A stretch of 64,000 nt of DNA, taken from the NCBI RefSeq assembly GCF_009914755.1, contig NC_060933.1; one strand, written 5' to 3'. Shown piece after piece: positions 1 through 13,515 of this stretch (position 1 is the first letter of the stretch; the number at the start of each line of letters is the position of its first letter). The notes under the pieces were generated by a model that saw only the letters and a list, made by a program, of their open reading frames with translations, searched no databases and was not told the DNA's origin. This stretch comes from the human T2T-CHM13v2.0 reference genome, Homo sapiens. The position numbers and the translations under genes are program-made.

Positions 1-140
1 AACTTATACATTAAACTTTATCATAGGTATATTTTTATAGGAAAAAGCATTGTATATATAGGTTTTAGTACTATACAAGGTTTCAGGCATTCACTGGGGA
101 TCTTGGAAAGCATGTCCCATGAATAAGTGGGGGACTACTG
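1..140 (+). mobile_element. MER44/Tigger7-type TcMar DNA transposon, 3' end (truncated by window start)
   Basis: Ends ...GGTTTCAGGCATTCACTGGGGATCTTGG...GGGGGACTACTG followed by TA, matching the recalled MER44/Tigger7 terminus and the TA target site. Confidence 0.75.
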
Positions 141-991
141 TATATTCGTTATGTACAGGTCAAATTTTCTAAATTAGTTTGTTAATAATGTATCATTTAG
201 ATTTCTATGAAACAATTATGTTAGCTGTTTATAAATGTCAGCTTCATGCATTTCTTGCATTAATAGTCTATTTCTTTTTATTGCCTTCTTGCATTAGATA
301 GGACTCTGGTCTGTGACAAGCAGAAATATTGATACTGGACACATATGACTTTTACCCCATTTTACAAGAAAAGCATTACATATTTTTCCAGTAACTTACG
401 TTTTAGTTGTACAGTTTTTTGTTGTTGATGTGGTTTTTCAGATTAAAAATGTTCATGTCTATGCTTATTTTGCTGAGACTTAATTTTTATCATGCCCATT
501 TGTTGAATTTTATCAAAAATGTTTCTGCACCTATTGAAAAAATAACTTGTTATTAAGTTGCATATTATATTGAATTACTAGTTGATGTTCAAGTATATTG
601 CATTTTTCATTTATGTGATATTGTCACACATTGTATTATCTATACATGATGCAGTATAGTTTATGTATCATTGGATTTGAATGGCTAATAACTTGTTCAG
701 GACTCCTTGGTTTATTCATGCAATTGTTTATTTAAACACTGTTCCGCAATTTTTCCTTTCTTACCTAGCTTTTTTTTTTTTGGTCAAATTTTATATGAAA
801 ATTATGCTGGCCTCCTAAAATGAGTTGGCAAATGTTCCTCTTTGTTAGTTCTTTCTGAGTTTATGCAATTTTAGTGATATTTCTACCATATTTATTTGTA
901 CAAATTTACTTGCAAACCATCTGAAATTGGAATTTGTTGTTTTTGGAAAGTGTTATTTAGAATTCAATTTCCTCATAATATTTTTTAGATC

Positions 992-1035
992 TTTCTTTCT
1001 TTTTTTCTTTTCTTTTCTTTCTTTCTTTTTCTTTT
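992..1035 (-). repeat. (AAAG/AAAAG)n microsatellite derived from the KRT18 retrocopy poly(A) tail
   Basis: TTTC/TTTTC units directly abutting the KRT18 3' end. Confidence 0.85.
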
Positions 1036-2425
1036 GACACCCAGTGACCTCTGAACTTTTCATTGGCCTCATGCACCCTGCTTCTCCTGGCTTAATATCT
1101 CGGAACTTTGGTGTTGTTGGTCTCAGACACAACTTTGCCATTCACTATCTGGCGGGTGGCGTTTTGTATGGTTTGCATGGAGTTGCTGCTGTCCAGGGAA
1201 TCACCAAGATTGAAGTCCTCGCCATCTTCCAGCAGGTGGTGGTAGGTGGCGATCTCAGCCTCCAGCTTGACCCTGATGTTCAGCAGGGACTCGTACTCCT
1301 GCGCCTGGCGCTACCCCTCTGCCCAGGTCTGTGCCAGCTCTGACTCCAGGTGCAACAGGATCCCGTTGAGCTGTTCCATCTGCAGGGCGTAGCGGGCTTC
1401 CACCTCCCTCAGGCTGTTCTCCAAGCTGGCCTTCAGATTTCTCATCGAGTCCAGGTCTATCTACAAGGACTCGACTGTACATAGCAGCTCCGTGAGCGTC
1501 ACCTCAGCAGGTCCAACCTCAGCGGACTGCGTGGTGACCACTGTGGTGCTCTCCTCAATCGGCCGAGACCAGTACTTGTCTAGCTCCTATCGGTTCTTCT
1601 GAGCCAGCTGGTCATATTGGGCCCGAATGTCTGCCATGATCTTGGCAAGGTCCTGGATTTGGGGGCATCTGCGTCCACAGTTAACCCAGAGCTGCAATCT
1701 GGGCTTGCCGGCCTTTCACTTGCTCTTCGTGGTTCTTCTTCATTAAGAGCAGCTCCTCCTTGAGAGCCTCGAACTGTGTCTCCAGCTGCATCCGAGTGAC
1801 ATTGGTGCCATCCATGACCTTGCAGAGCCCATGGATGTCGTTCTCCACAGACTGGCGCATGACCAGCTCTGTCTCGTACTTGACTCTAAAGTCATCAGCA
1901 GCAAGTCCTGCATTGTCCATCTGCAGAACGATGGGGACATTGTCTGCAGTATTTGCAAAGATCTGAGCCCTCAGGTCCTGAATGGTCTTGAAGTAATGGC
2001 TCTAGTCTCTGACCTGGGGTCCCTTCTTCTCCAGGTGCTCCTGGATTTTGCTCTCCAGCTTCCTCTTGTTGGTCTCCAGGCTCCTTACTCTGTCCAGGTA
2101 GGAGGCCAGGCCGTCGTTCAAGTCTTGCATGGTCTCCTTCTTGTTCTGGATGCCTCCCATTCCTGCCAGACCCCTGGCCATCCCCGCGGCCAGGTCCCCG
2201 GACCCCATGCCGCCCAGGAAGCTGGTGGAGCGGGACACGGAGATCCAGGAAGCAGAGCCCTTGCCTGCATAGACGCTGGCCACGCTGCTGGCAGCTGGGC
2301 GCCGTAGCTGGGCACCTAGACAGAGCCCAGGGACCCGTAGTTGGTGGAGAAGGTGGAACAAGTGGTGAAGCTCATGCTGTTTAGGGAGGAGAGCGAGAGG
2401 ACAGGACTCAGGCTTTGTTGATGAC
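992..2425 (-). pseudogene. KRT18P66: Keratin 18 processed pseudogene (full-length, intronless, disabled)
   Basis: ATG at 2375 ([19 protein letters not shown]); KRT18 peptides in ORF track ([28 protein letters not shown]; LAADDFRVKYETEL; EELLLMKKNHEE); native stop TAA at 1092-1094; KRT18-like 5' and 3' UTRs; no introns; premature TAG at 2316-2318 and 2002-2004 plus frameshifts; A-tail at 992-1035. The locus number is from memory and unverified; KRT18 parentage is secure. Confidence 0.95.
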
Positions 2426-2559
2426 CACATTTTCTATTATTTCTTGAGTTGGTTTTGGTAAGTTGTGTTTTTTTTCATGAATTTTGTCTACTTTACCCAA
2501 ATTGTTATTACATAAGCTTGTTCATAGCATACTTTATTATCTTTTATTTTATTTCAGTT

Positions 2560-3330
2560 GGTTATATTTTCAATTTCTGTATAATAAATTTCACTCATTA
2601 TAAATCCACAATGCAATGCATTTTTGACCAAAGGAATTTTAAATGAGGAATAAATAGTTTGGTAACATAAATAGTAACATAAAGAGTTTGGTAATGCACC
2701 TTTTTTAAGTCAATTCACTAGCCCTATCTACTGGCTCCAGGAAACCACTAATCTTCTTTATTTTGTGATGGTTTTGCCTTTTTGAGAATTTCAAATAAAT
2801 GAAATGTGTAATCTTGTGTGTCTGGTTTCTTTCACTTTCAGAATACATTTGATACTCGTGCTCTTTTATATATCAATACTCTAAGTGATGTTTATCACTA
2901 AGTACCATTTCACTGAATGGAGATACCACAATTTGCTTAATCATTCATAATTTAGATATACTCACAATTTGTAATGAATATTTGGGTTGTTTACAGTTTG
3001 GATCATTATAAATAAAGCTCCTATGAATATTCTCGTAGAAGTTTTTCATAAATGTGTTTTCCTTATTCTTGGCTAAAAACCTATAAATTTAATTTCTGAG
3101 TTATACAGTAATCACGTCTTTAATTATGCGAGAAACTGACAAATTATTTGCACAAGTGGCTGTACCATTTTACATTCCCACTAGCAATAGCCAAGAGTTA
3201 CAGATGCTCCACATCCTTGTCAACACTTGCCATTTTCTTTTTAGTACTAACCCACTTGAGAGGGCATGCACTGGCATCTCATGTGGTTTTAATATTCATT
3301 TCTCTAATGACTGACACTGAGCATTATGTC
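2560..3330 (-). mobile_element. L1M (MB/MC/ME-type) 3' end
   Basis: Antisense L1 3' motifs: CCAGGAAACCACTAATCT, GTGGCTGTACCATTTTACATTCCCACTAGCA, CATCTCATGTGGTTTTAAT...TTTCTCTAATGACT. Confidence 0.75.
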
Positions 3331-3384
3331 TATAATGTCATTTTGGGAACTTTTTAATGTCTATAGGATTTCAGGTCATGTTAA

Positions 3385-3545
3385 ATTGTTTGCAAAATGG
3401 CAAAATAATTTTTCCCATCCTGCGTAACCACTTTTTGCCATATAAAGTTGAATTTTTTTTTTCCCATTGGAAGGTAGAGTTTCTTTACCCTTTGGATCTG
3501 GGCTTAAACATGTGACTTGCTTTGGGAAACTTGCCACTTAGAAAT
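3385..3545 (+). mobile_element. MLT1 (F/G/H-like) MaLR LTR fragment
   Basis: CCCATTGGAAGGTAGAGT...TTGGATCTGGGC...TGTGACTTGCTTTGG resembles the MLT1 LTR 5' part. Confidence 0.5.
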
Positions 3546-3619
3546 GAGGTATAAACAAATATTAAAATGCATTGATCCAGTGCACCAATAATCTTCATTT
3601 CGATTACTAAAGAATTCAT

Positions 3620-4810
3620 TATTTTTCTGTCCTTAACTTATTGTTCTATCAGCAACATTTGACATTATTTCTCACCCATCTTTGAAGCACTTTCAGACTC
3701 TATACACATTACTTCTTAAACAGCAACCTTGCTTAATTTTCCTGCTATATTTTTGGATCTCCGTACTTCATTTCCTCATTGAAACAACCTCTTGAATTTA
3801 GAGTGCACCAGGATATGGTCCTTGGATTTATTTTCTTTTCTACTGATATTCAGGCCATTTGTGATCTTATTTAGTCTCACAGAACATAATGCATCTATCA
3901 GTTGATGAATACCAATATATACCTCCATCTCAGATCTCTATGTATGTGCTCTAGGTTCCTATCCATTGCTTACCCAATATATCCGTTTAGATGCCTCATG
4001 AATCTCTTAAAATTAATGTAAACAAACAAGTTTCTAACCATTTACCTCAAACAAAACCTTCTGAAGTCACATAGATCTCAATTACTCTTATCACAGTATT
4101 CTCGGAGTCATCTTTAATCCCTGTCTTCCTCATGAATTCCATGTCCAGTCTCTCAGCAAATTCTATCTATTGTAGCTTGAAAATATATACGGAATACAGC
4201 AAACTCTTAATTTCTCTATTGCCACGGCCCTGATACAATCTTCATCGTTCTTGTCTGGATTATTTCGTTGATCATCTAACTCATCCCCCTAATGCTATTC
4301 TAATCTTTATATGTCCATTTTCACCCCAGTAACAATAGTACCCTTTTAAACCACGGGGTATATTATGCTACTTTTCATTTTGTAAGACATAGACAATCTG
4401 GTCCCCCCTTACCTCTTTGAATGCATCTACTATTCATCCTCTTACTTTCTCAGGTACAGCTGTAGTGACCTTCTTCACATTGTTGCGACATTATTCTCTT
4501 CAAACTGACTCTTATTTTTGGCTGAAATTTCTACCATAGATTTCTATCGCTCACTCCCTCATGTTGTTCAGGTTTTTATTCCATAACTTTTTCAGTGAGC
4601 TCTTCCCTAAATGGCAGAATAAATAATCAATGCCCCTTTGCAAATATTCTGTCTTCACAACACACAGTGTTTGTATTTACTCTGCAAAATATGATCCTTG
4701 TTACAGCAAGGATAAGTGTCATCATCCATTTGTTTACTTCTCTATCCAAAGTGTGTGTCAAAGTGATAGGCTATTGATAAACATTTGTTGAATAACTGAA
4801 TGCATTAATA
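3620..4810 (+). mobile_element. L2 LINE, 3' part
   Basis: TCAGCAACATTTGACA (L2 RT 'SAAFDT' region), CCAGTCTCTCAGCAAATTC, 3' end ATAAACATTTGTTGAATAACTGAATG. Confidence 0.7.
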
Positions 4811-7091
4811 AATCTAGATTATAGCATCATAGTTATCGTTCTCACAAAAATAATAATATATTGGTTTCTCTTTGGCTTTATTTCAGACAAGGTGGATATC
4901 TGAAATGCAGAAACAAAAATGTTTTGTGAACCATTAAGTCTTTCAAATAATGGAGTGACTGAAATAATCTAACAAAACTTAGTTAAGCAATTTATTTTTC
5001 TAAAATTACAGAGGATAAGTGAGCAAAATAGGAGTGTTGAAAACATTCTACCAAAATGAGCATACGAAAAACCTAGGTTGCAAAATCTACCAATAATGCA
5101 TTGAAGCTACTGTTGAAAACTAACAATTTAGAGTTGAAATATAAAATCACTAAGCATATCCTCTAAAGGTTGTTTAACCAAGTGAAGGTATGTACAATAC
5201 CATGTACTAAGTTGCTATCATATATTTTCAAGTGAGGTTCAACTAGTATTACTTTGTCATAGCCAAATAGCTAAACTACAATAATAATTATTAGCTAAGG
5301 GATTACTCCAATATAACTTTTAAAAAGTTTTCTCACTATATTCATGGGTTATCCACTATTCCATATTATCTTGTAAGCCACACTATGTTCGTTATAACCC
5401 AAACCTACTGTGACTTGTTAACTGTTAAAAAGTAATTACTATATAATTCTTTGTATATGCTGGGGGGGGGGGGGTAAACGAATGATTAAAAAATTAATAA
5501 GAAATAGGCTATTTCAAAAAATGGAAATTTTTTTGTTATTAATTATTAATCAGTTCAGAAAATACAATTTTCCATGAAGAAAATATTAGCAAAAACTTCT
5601 AGCTGAATAGCAGAAAGAATTTGGAATTTAAGTTTGGAAGGTGTATCAAGGATATGTTCATAATGGGATACAGTTGCATATTCTTAATTGCTTATTTTGC
5701 ATGCGTTTGATGAATATTGAATACTATTATCCATGTAACATAAATATTTAATTCCCTTCATAATTCTGAAATGGAATTCAGGGCACTTAAAAAATCCCAT
5801 TAACTAGAGTAAAAAAATTGTGTATTAAAATTATTGTAAGACGGAGAACAAATCAAGAAAAGGATTTATAAAAATATGTGAAAATGCCTGACTTGCATGC
5901 AAATTACATGAAGGGAAAAGAAATGAATGCTTGCTGTGAACTTACCCTTTGGATCATTTTTAAGTTTAGCTCATTTATAAAAATAAACATTTTAGTACCC
6001 GATTTTTTTCCCAATTTACATTGCTTGTAGAAATATAGTTGGTGAATCGCATAAGATTCGGACTACTAAGAACTCAACAAGAACATAAATGCAGAGCCCC
6101 ACCTTATTGTCTCCGAGTTTTACAGAAAGTATTTTAAACAAATGTCTTATGAACTACTCAATAAGATAAGGAAAATAAAGTACATGTATAACTACTGGAA
6201 AAATGATGACAGAGTGTATGGTATGCCTGATGTGTGTTTCTAATTGAAAGATAAAAGTTATTTAAAACACTGTAAATGCTCACAAACTGGCCAATTACCC
6301 AATCTTAAAAATCTCTGAATTTTCCTGTATACATATCCACACATTGAAAAAAAATCCTATGTAGTTAAACATAGACACATGAAAAATAAGAATAAATATA
6401 TGAAAATATCCAAATAATTTTGATGGAATCATTTCATAAATATGTTCTATTTCTTACTAATAACAGCAATGTATTTTAAACAATTGGAGCATGGGTAACT
6501 ACGTAAAGAAAGCAATATTCTGGATATTTTGGCCTGACAAGTTTCTAAACCCTTTCTCCAGACTAAAAGCCATTCTCAAGACAAAGAAAAAACTGAAACT
6601 ATGAAATTTAGATAGTTTTTACTGATATACCTCAAGTAAGAGATTGTTTACAATTTGGAGAAGATACCAAAACAACAACAACAGAAATAATTCTAAGCTG
6701 AGTCAAGAGATCAAAAATGTTTATTATTTTTTAGATTTTAATGTATTCTGGAGTTACTGAGTAGCTAGTAGTGGTGAGGAACCCATTAGATATTTCTAAA
6801 ATTCAATATTTGACACAGAAAATACTAGAGATGTCATAATAAATTTATGTGATACAGGTAAACATTTGAAGGGAATTATGGAAAAAAATAAAATACTTGA
6901 AGGGCAAAGACCATAAAAATAATTCATAAAGTAGAACACCCAATAAACAAAACTAAACTCAAAAAGTCTTGGTGAGATGTAATAGAGAGAAATTTCACTG
7001 AATTGAGAGAAAAACTGTACCTTCATATTGAAAAGTCAAATCTTAACACAGGAAATTTTGACTCAGCATGAGAGATATGAAGACCTAGATA

Positions 7092-7660
7092 AGGGCTGTC
7101 CTGAAGCTTACTCAATTTGATGCAACTCCTTTTTTAAGAAAAGGAGTTAAAATTATGAATACAGAATTAGGTATAAAATTAAACATCAATTTCGAATAAG
7201 AAAAAATACAAATACAAAATACAAATCTAAAAGGGTTTGACTAATAACTCCAACATCACAAGAGACAAAAAAACAAAATAGTATTTTTGTTAAGTGCCTC
7301 ATATACCACTATAATAATTTTCTCCCCTACATTTATTGATAGCATTTTTATTGTCTTTCATAAGATAATTATATTGCATTGCTTTCTTCCCCAAGGATTA
7401 TTATGTAATATTCAGAAGTTAGAATACTGTGTTTCAGATTCCCAACATGCTGTTGTCAATATCATGTATTTTTTTAGGGCTTTTGTTAACTTGAGAGAGT
7501 CTTTTAATAAAGTTTGCAGCCCCTCTCCCCAACACTTGGATGAGTTTTCCAGTTTAGCTTCTGGCGCGATACTTTTCGAAATGTCTTTCTCATACTACAT
7601 CATTCAATTGTAGGTGCTGTAGCATACACTCATATTGTACTGTGATCACTACATCTGCAT
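7092..7660. mobile_element. hAT-Tip100 DNA transposon remnant (Zaphod/MER115-like)
   Basis: CCTGAAGCTTAC...TTTAAGAAAAGG...AAAATTATGAATACAGAATTAGGTA resembles the recalled Zaphod/MER115 subterminal sequence. Confidence 0.5.
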
Positions 7661-8299
7661 CTGACTTTAGATAGCAGTTAATATAATAACATTTTATGGC
7701 TGATTTTATTTTTTTAATTTCTAGGAGGTAAAGTATATAGCATTTTTTCTTCCAATTTTCTACTTTTATATAACGCTTGGTATTTTATAATACTGATATG
7801 CAGTCACAAGTAAAATAAATAGTAATAAAATTAGAAAAAAAGTATTAAGCTTATCGGAAAAAGATAACTTTTATAAGTTCATTATTTATCCTAGAAGCTG
7901 TGAAAAAAAAAGACGTACAGATGAGAATTTATAAAAATGTAAGGTCCACATGTGGAGCAAAATAAAAAAAATAGAATACAATTGACAGATTAAAAAAGAT
8001 TTTACAATATATCATTGACAAAGATTAAACAGCTAGAATATATTTTAAAACTCAAGTGAATGAGAAAAATACAAACAACATAAGAACATAGGTAAAGGAC
8101 AAGACTGAATAATTCTAAAAGAAGATACAAATTACCTATAAACAAGTGAAAAGGCAATAACAAAAAACATAAATACTGAAAGAATTAATAGAGCATATGT
8201 TTTCTAAAAAGTGGATAAATGGAAAAGATCAATTCAATTTAAACTCAAGAAGTTTGAGTAGCACAGAAAGTAATATAAACTTACTGACAGAAAAGTTGA

Positions 8300-9373
8300 C
8301 AGTGTCATTAACATTTAAAACTTGTATATACTTAAAATTCAACAATAAGAACACAAACAAACTGATTAATAAATGGACACAAGACTTTAACAGACACCTC
8401 ATTGAAGAAAATATAGAGATGGCAAGCAAGCACATCATAAAAATCAGGAAAATGCAAATTAAAAAGAGATACCACTACCCACCTATTAGAATGGTCACGA
8501 TCTAAAACATTCATAGTACTACATATTGGTGAAGATATGGAACAAAAGAAACTTTCTTTCATTGCTGGTGAAAACGCAAAATTGTACAACCACTTTGGAA
8601 AAGTTTGTGGAGATTTCTTACAAAACCAAGTGTACTCTGACCATATGAATCAGCAATCATACTTCTCAATATTTACCAAAAAGAGTTGAAAACTTATATC
8701 CACACAATGACCTTCACATAGAAATTTACTGAATCTATTTTCTTTTTTTTTTTGCAATTGCCAATATTTAGAAGCAACTGAGATGTCCTTCAGTAGGTGA
8801 ATGCATAAACAAACTATGGTTCATCCAGATAATGGAATATTATTCAGTGCTAAAAGGAAATGATCCAGCAAGCAATGAAAAGATATAAAGGAAAATTAAA
8901 CACATTATTACTAAGTGAAAGAAGCTAGTCTGGGAAAAAAAAGTTATATACTATATAATTATAACTGTGTGACATCCTGGTAAATGTTAAACTATGGAGA
9001 AGTGAAAAGATCGAGGTTTCCAGGAGTTGAGGGGAAGGAGAGATGAATAGGAGGAGCACAGATGATTCTTAGGGCAGTGTAATTTCACAGTATAATACTA
9101 TATTGGTGGATACATGATGTTATACATTTGTCCAAACCCATAGAATGTACATGACAAAGAAAATACCCTAATGTAAACTATGGACATTCAGTGATAATAA
9201 TGCGTCAATATACGTTTATCAATTGTAACAAATGCACCACTCTGGTGAGGGATGTTGATAACTGGAGAGGCTATGCATGTGTGGGTGTAAGGGGTATGTG
9301 GGAAATCTCTGAACCTTCTGCTCAGCTTTGCTATGACCTTAAATCTGGTCTAAAAATAAAATCTATTTAAAAA
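8300..9373 (+). mobile_element. L1MC-type 3' end (ORF2 C-terminus + 3'UTR)
   Basis: ORF 8197-8505 carries L1 ORF2 C-terminal peptide (KWTQDFNRHLIEENIEMASKH...MQIK...RYHYPPIRM); 3' end GGGAAATCTCTGAACCTTCTGCTCAG...AAAAATAAAATCTATTTAAAAA. Confidence 0.85.
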
Positions 9374-10109
9374 ACAAAAGCTAACAAACAGCAAAAGTAT
9401 ATATCTATTAGTCTTTCTCTCTCTCTCTCTCTCTCTCAAATGTAGACATTTAGCTAAGTAGTGTGGAGTGGTGGAGAGAGAGTGGGTTGGCATTCAGAGT
9501 GGGATTGTGCAGTACAATCTTGTTTATAAGGAAAAGGAATTGAAAAAAGTTATTTGACCCTCAATGCCACTCTGGAAAAGTGCCATATGACATGTCCAAG
9601 TAATAGAATTCTAAGTAGCCACTAAAAATTAGAGGTAGATCTACACAGAGCAGCATGGATAAATATGCCTAGTATTATTAAATAAAACAATAAGAGTAAT
9701 GAAAAGGCCAGTTTCAAATGCATATGCACATGTACAGACATATATATACACATCTCCGTATATGAACACATATAATACAATTTATTTGCAAATAAGACAT
9801 ATGTCTTATTGTTTCTACATGCATTTAAGTATTTATCTGAGCCAGCAGAGAAGGCATCAGAAAGATTTTCCAACTGTCAACAGAGCTTAACTCTGGTGAT
9901 GTCTGAGTGAGAGATAAAGAAGGTGAGCAAAGCTGGATTGGAGAAATTGAATATTTTTACTTTTCATTCATATTATTATATATCACTTAAGGAGAAAATA
10001 TCATTGATAATGATAAATTAGAGTTGGCATTAATTCTCAATGTATTCATACTAATAAGGCACGTAGACATGTAAACATACAGTTTAAAAATAAAATCTTT
10101 TATACTACA

Positions 10110-10760
10110 AATAGTTTTAAATATCTATGACCTGCCAGGTTCCGCATACGTTTTTAGAGATATAGTGTTGAACAAGCCAATTACAACATGATCTGTGCAA
10201 CAACAGAGGTATGCTCAAAGGCTGGTGGAATTCAGGGGAGGTTTCCCATGAGGGGGGTAATCACCAGAGAAGGTTTCCTCGAGAGCTGTGAGGTAAACAG
10301 TGACTGAAAGAGTGCTTGTTAAATACAAGAAGGATAGCTTTTTTTGAAAAAGGATGTTATAAGGAAAAGCATAACTATCTGTTACTGCATATTTGGGAAA
10401 TCTCAAATAATTGAATACTACCTATGTGCAGATTATATATGGGGATTGCAGGAATTAAGAAAAAGTTAGCAAGAGCCCAATCATGAACAAACAGTATTTT
10501 AGGCCAGGGCATGCACTTTGGTACTTTTTTTGTTTTGCTCTGTTTTAATTACTTTCCCCACTTCAAAAAGAGAAATGAAGAGTTTTGTTTTAAAAAGATT
10601 GTTCTGAAAATAAAATGAAAAATGAAGAACAGGTGGAATAAAGGGCAGATTCTAAATTTAGAGAAAGAAGTAAAGACAAGACAAAATACTTTAGCCTATA
10701 GAAATTTGTGATTTCATAAACTAAGATAACAAAAATGGTAATGAGGAGGAAGGGAGACAT
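10110..10760 (-). mobile_element. L2 remnant
   Basis: Antisense L2-like phrases (GAGATATAGTGTTGAACAAG, CAGAGAAGGTTTCCTCGAG, GCCAGGGCATGCACTTTGG); degenerate. Confidence 0.45.
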
Positions 10761-12436
10761 TCAATAGTAACTGCTATGTTAGAACATAGTGATACACGTA
10801 GGTATGGGTATGGGGAAATGCATAAGAACTTTTCCTAAAAACTACAGTATAATAAACACAAAAACACATTCTAGATTAGATTCAGCTTTGCTTATTTATT
10901 TTGCTTTCCTTACAAGATGTCAGTTTAAAAATATAATTATTAAGGATTTAGAATAACCCAATCAACCACCAAATGATCTGATATATTGACACCTCTCTAA
11001 TAGAATGGGGCCAGGGTTACTACTACTCATGTTGTCTTTTCGCTCGATAATGCAGAAGAGGAAAAAATAAAATGAACATCAGTAGTTTTGATCTCTGAAA
11101 AGCTAAAACCCAATTTTTTTTTTTCTTTTTGCTTGGGGATCTCATAGAACATATACAGGAAGGTAAATATAGCCCTATTGAAAATGAAGTTTCTTGCTCC
11201 AGGAATAGTATTTTTTAAGTGGGATTTCTCAACCAACTGAAAATTCAAGTGAGAGACAGTAGTCAATTTAGCAAAAAGTATATAATAGCAGACCTTAGAA
11301 AACATTCATGATTATTATACATTTGTATTAGATGTGTGAGTTTACAGTCATTCATATCCTTAGGTAAAGATTAAAAAATTTTCCTATACATTAAGCCAAA
11401 ATCTGTTTGTCTTACAAATTTATTTCAGTATAATTTGATAGGGTTTTCTGTTTTTTTTTTCCTAAGGTATATCATTTAGGATGTAAGAAAAAGTAATACT
11501 AATGTTTTCACTGGTACTGAGTTACAGTTATTTTTTTTCTTTGAAAAAAGAAAAGTTTGGGACATGTGAGTCAATATATTGAGTACAATTGCTCATCAAA
11601 GAATCCCATTCTTGAAGATCACGTAGCAAATGAGCATAGCTTTTCAAGTTCTAATTACAGTAGATAAATAGGTAGGCAGATAGACAATTGATAGGTAGGT
11701 AATGGATAGAAATATATAGTCATATCTTAGGGAAATACATTTGGGCAATTGATCACAGCTAATTTAACCTTTAGCATATTTAATTTAAACCTTTAACGTA
11801 ACATTTATTCCCGAAATTTTATTTGTACATGTATACACTTCTTGTGTCTGTGCTTTTGTTTTAAATTCACAGACAATTTTTTCCTTGAATGCTGGTGTAA
11901 AACGATAGAAACACGACACATGAGAGCAAAGCTGCTAGCAAGCCACACCGGGGCAAATTATCACCCTTTATATTCCATCCCAGTAAAAACTTGGTTTCAA
12001 TATTCCTGATTTAAAGGTTTTTAAAGTTGAAAGAAATATTTTTAATTATAGTTAAAGAGAAAAATCTGCATCGGTTACTAGGTAGAGATTTTGTCATTGT
12101 CATTTGACAATCAATTAAATTGTTTGTCTTCTGTATACAGTATAGTCTAAAGGCCACCAGGTGAAGCAGTGCTCTTAACAGGAACCTCTCCATTTTTTAA
12201 CTACATGTGACAGAATTGTTGGCTAATATATCTATAATTCAACAGAGTCAAAATCCATCTACCACAGTCTAAACTAACTAAACCAGGGTGAGAATTATTT
12301 ATATCATAAGGGATTTCTTACTTCTGAAGGAAATTCATCTCAAGACAACTCCAAATATTGAACAGAATTTGATAAGGCTAAAATAAGACTCAATTTGCCA
12401 TATTTGTTCGTAATATCTTCAGAAACATGGTTTTAT

Positions 12437-12723
12437 GCCAGGTGCAGTGGCTTATGCCTGTAATCCTAGGGCTTTGGGAGGCCAAGGAAGGAGGATTGCT
12501 TGAGGCTAGGCGTGCCAGACCAGCCTGGGCAACACAGCAAGACCTCATCTCTACAAAAAGTAGTTGGGTGTGGTGGTGCACAGCTATAGGCCTAGTTACT
12601 TGAGAGACTCAGGCAGGAGGATCACTTGAGCCCAGGAGTTCAAGATTACAGTATGCTATGATCATGCCACTGCACTTTAGCCTGGATAAGAGTGAGATCC
12701 TGTCTCAAAAACAAAACAAAACA
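12437..12723 (+). mobile_element. AluJ
   Basis: Dimeric Alu with J-type GGAGGATTGCTTGAG and GGAGGATCACTTGAGCCCAGGAG; TSD AGAAA(G)CATGGTTTTAT at 12421-12436 and 12724-12740. Confidence 0.92.
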
Positions 12724-13515
12724 AGAAAGCATGGTTTTATAAATTTTAAAACAATTGTAATTAAACAATTTTTAAAAAGATTTAAAAGTCACCAGCATCC
12801 TTCAAGGAGCATATATTAGATTTTTTAAAAAGTAAGTACCTAAATATCTAAAGTCTATTTTTCTAAGTTTAGTTCCTAGACATATACAACAAAGTTTGCA
12901 AGTATTAGTATTTAAATTTAAGAATAAAATGCACTTATTTTAATAGAATTCAAACTGAAAAAAGGAAAGAAACTCAAATTGTTTTAGCTACTTAAATCAT
13001 TTCTATCAGGCTATGTCCCTGAAGGAGGATAATTCAATTTAAAAAGATCAGAGTATTGACTGAGACAAAGATCCCTTGGTACTTAACAGATAAATGAAAC
13101 AGATTAAAATGAAACCTCCTGAATGTGATAAAACTGAATGTGGATATTTATATTTAGGGCTCTTTGTCTTAGGATAGTTAATTATTTAGAATAAAATAGT
13201 ATATAAGAGACTAACTTTCACTGGGTGTATTAAGAAATAACATAGTCATTGCTAGAATAAAAAAGATTAATTGTTAGATCATTGTCATTGCTGACTACTT
13301 AATCTGAATATAGGTCTTTTCAAAGTTACACAAGAATGTAAGCTTCTTTCTCAATGTGACTTCAGTGACATCTTCAGATATTATTATTAGAAAAGGAAGA
13401 AGTTATTGTTAATAATTTGGACCCTGGATTCAAGGGCTCTGGATATATTCTTGTCAGCAAAATGATCCTGTGTAAGTTATGTATGACCCCTTAACATTAA
13501 CTTCTTCCTCTACTA

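Larger units (their letters stand above)
200..2555 (-). mobile_element. Old L1 (L1M-type) ORF2 remnant, interrupted by the KRT18 pseudogene
   Basis: Degenerate antisense L1 ORF2 phrases (TTTCTGCACCTATTGA, AAACCATCTG; GTTTTGGTAAGTTGTG...TTGTTCATAG resuming after 2430); boundaries approximate. Confidence 0.55.

Noticed and set aside
1044-2307. Plus-strand ORFs of 99, 68 and 158 aa
   Set aside because: Antisense shadows of the GC-rich KRT18 pseudogene; no independent evidence
978-2443. Candidate TSD for the KRT18 pseudogene (ATATTTTTTAGATCTTTCT vs ACATTTTCTATTATTTCT)
   Set aside because: Too degenerate and T-rich to call
5462-5474. 13-nt poly(G) run
   Set aside because: Isolated mononucleotide run with no supporting context
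7124-7148. 10-bp stem palindrome AACTCCTTTT...AAAAGGAGTT
   Set aside because: Short, low complexity and inside a DNA-transposon remnant
12150-12170. CTCF-like GGCCACCAGGTGAAGCAG
   Set aside because: Two mismatches in the conserved GGC part of the core motif
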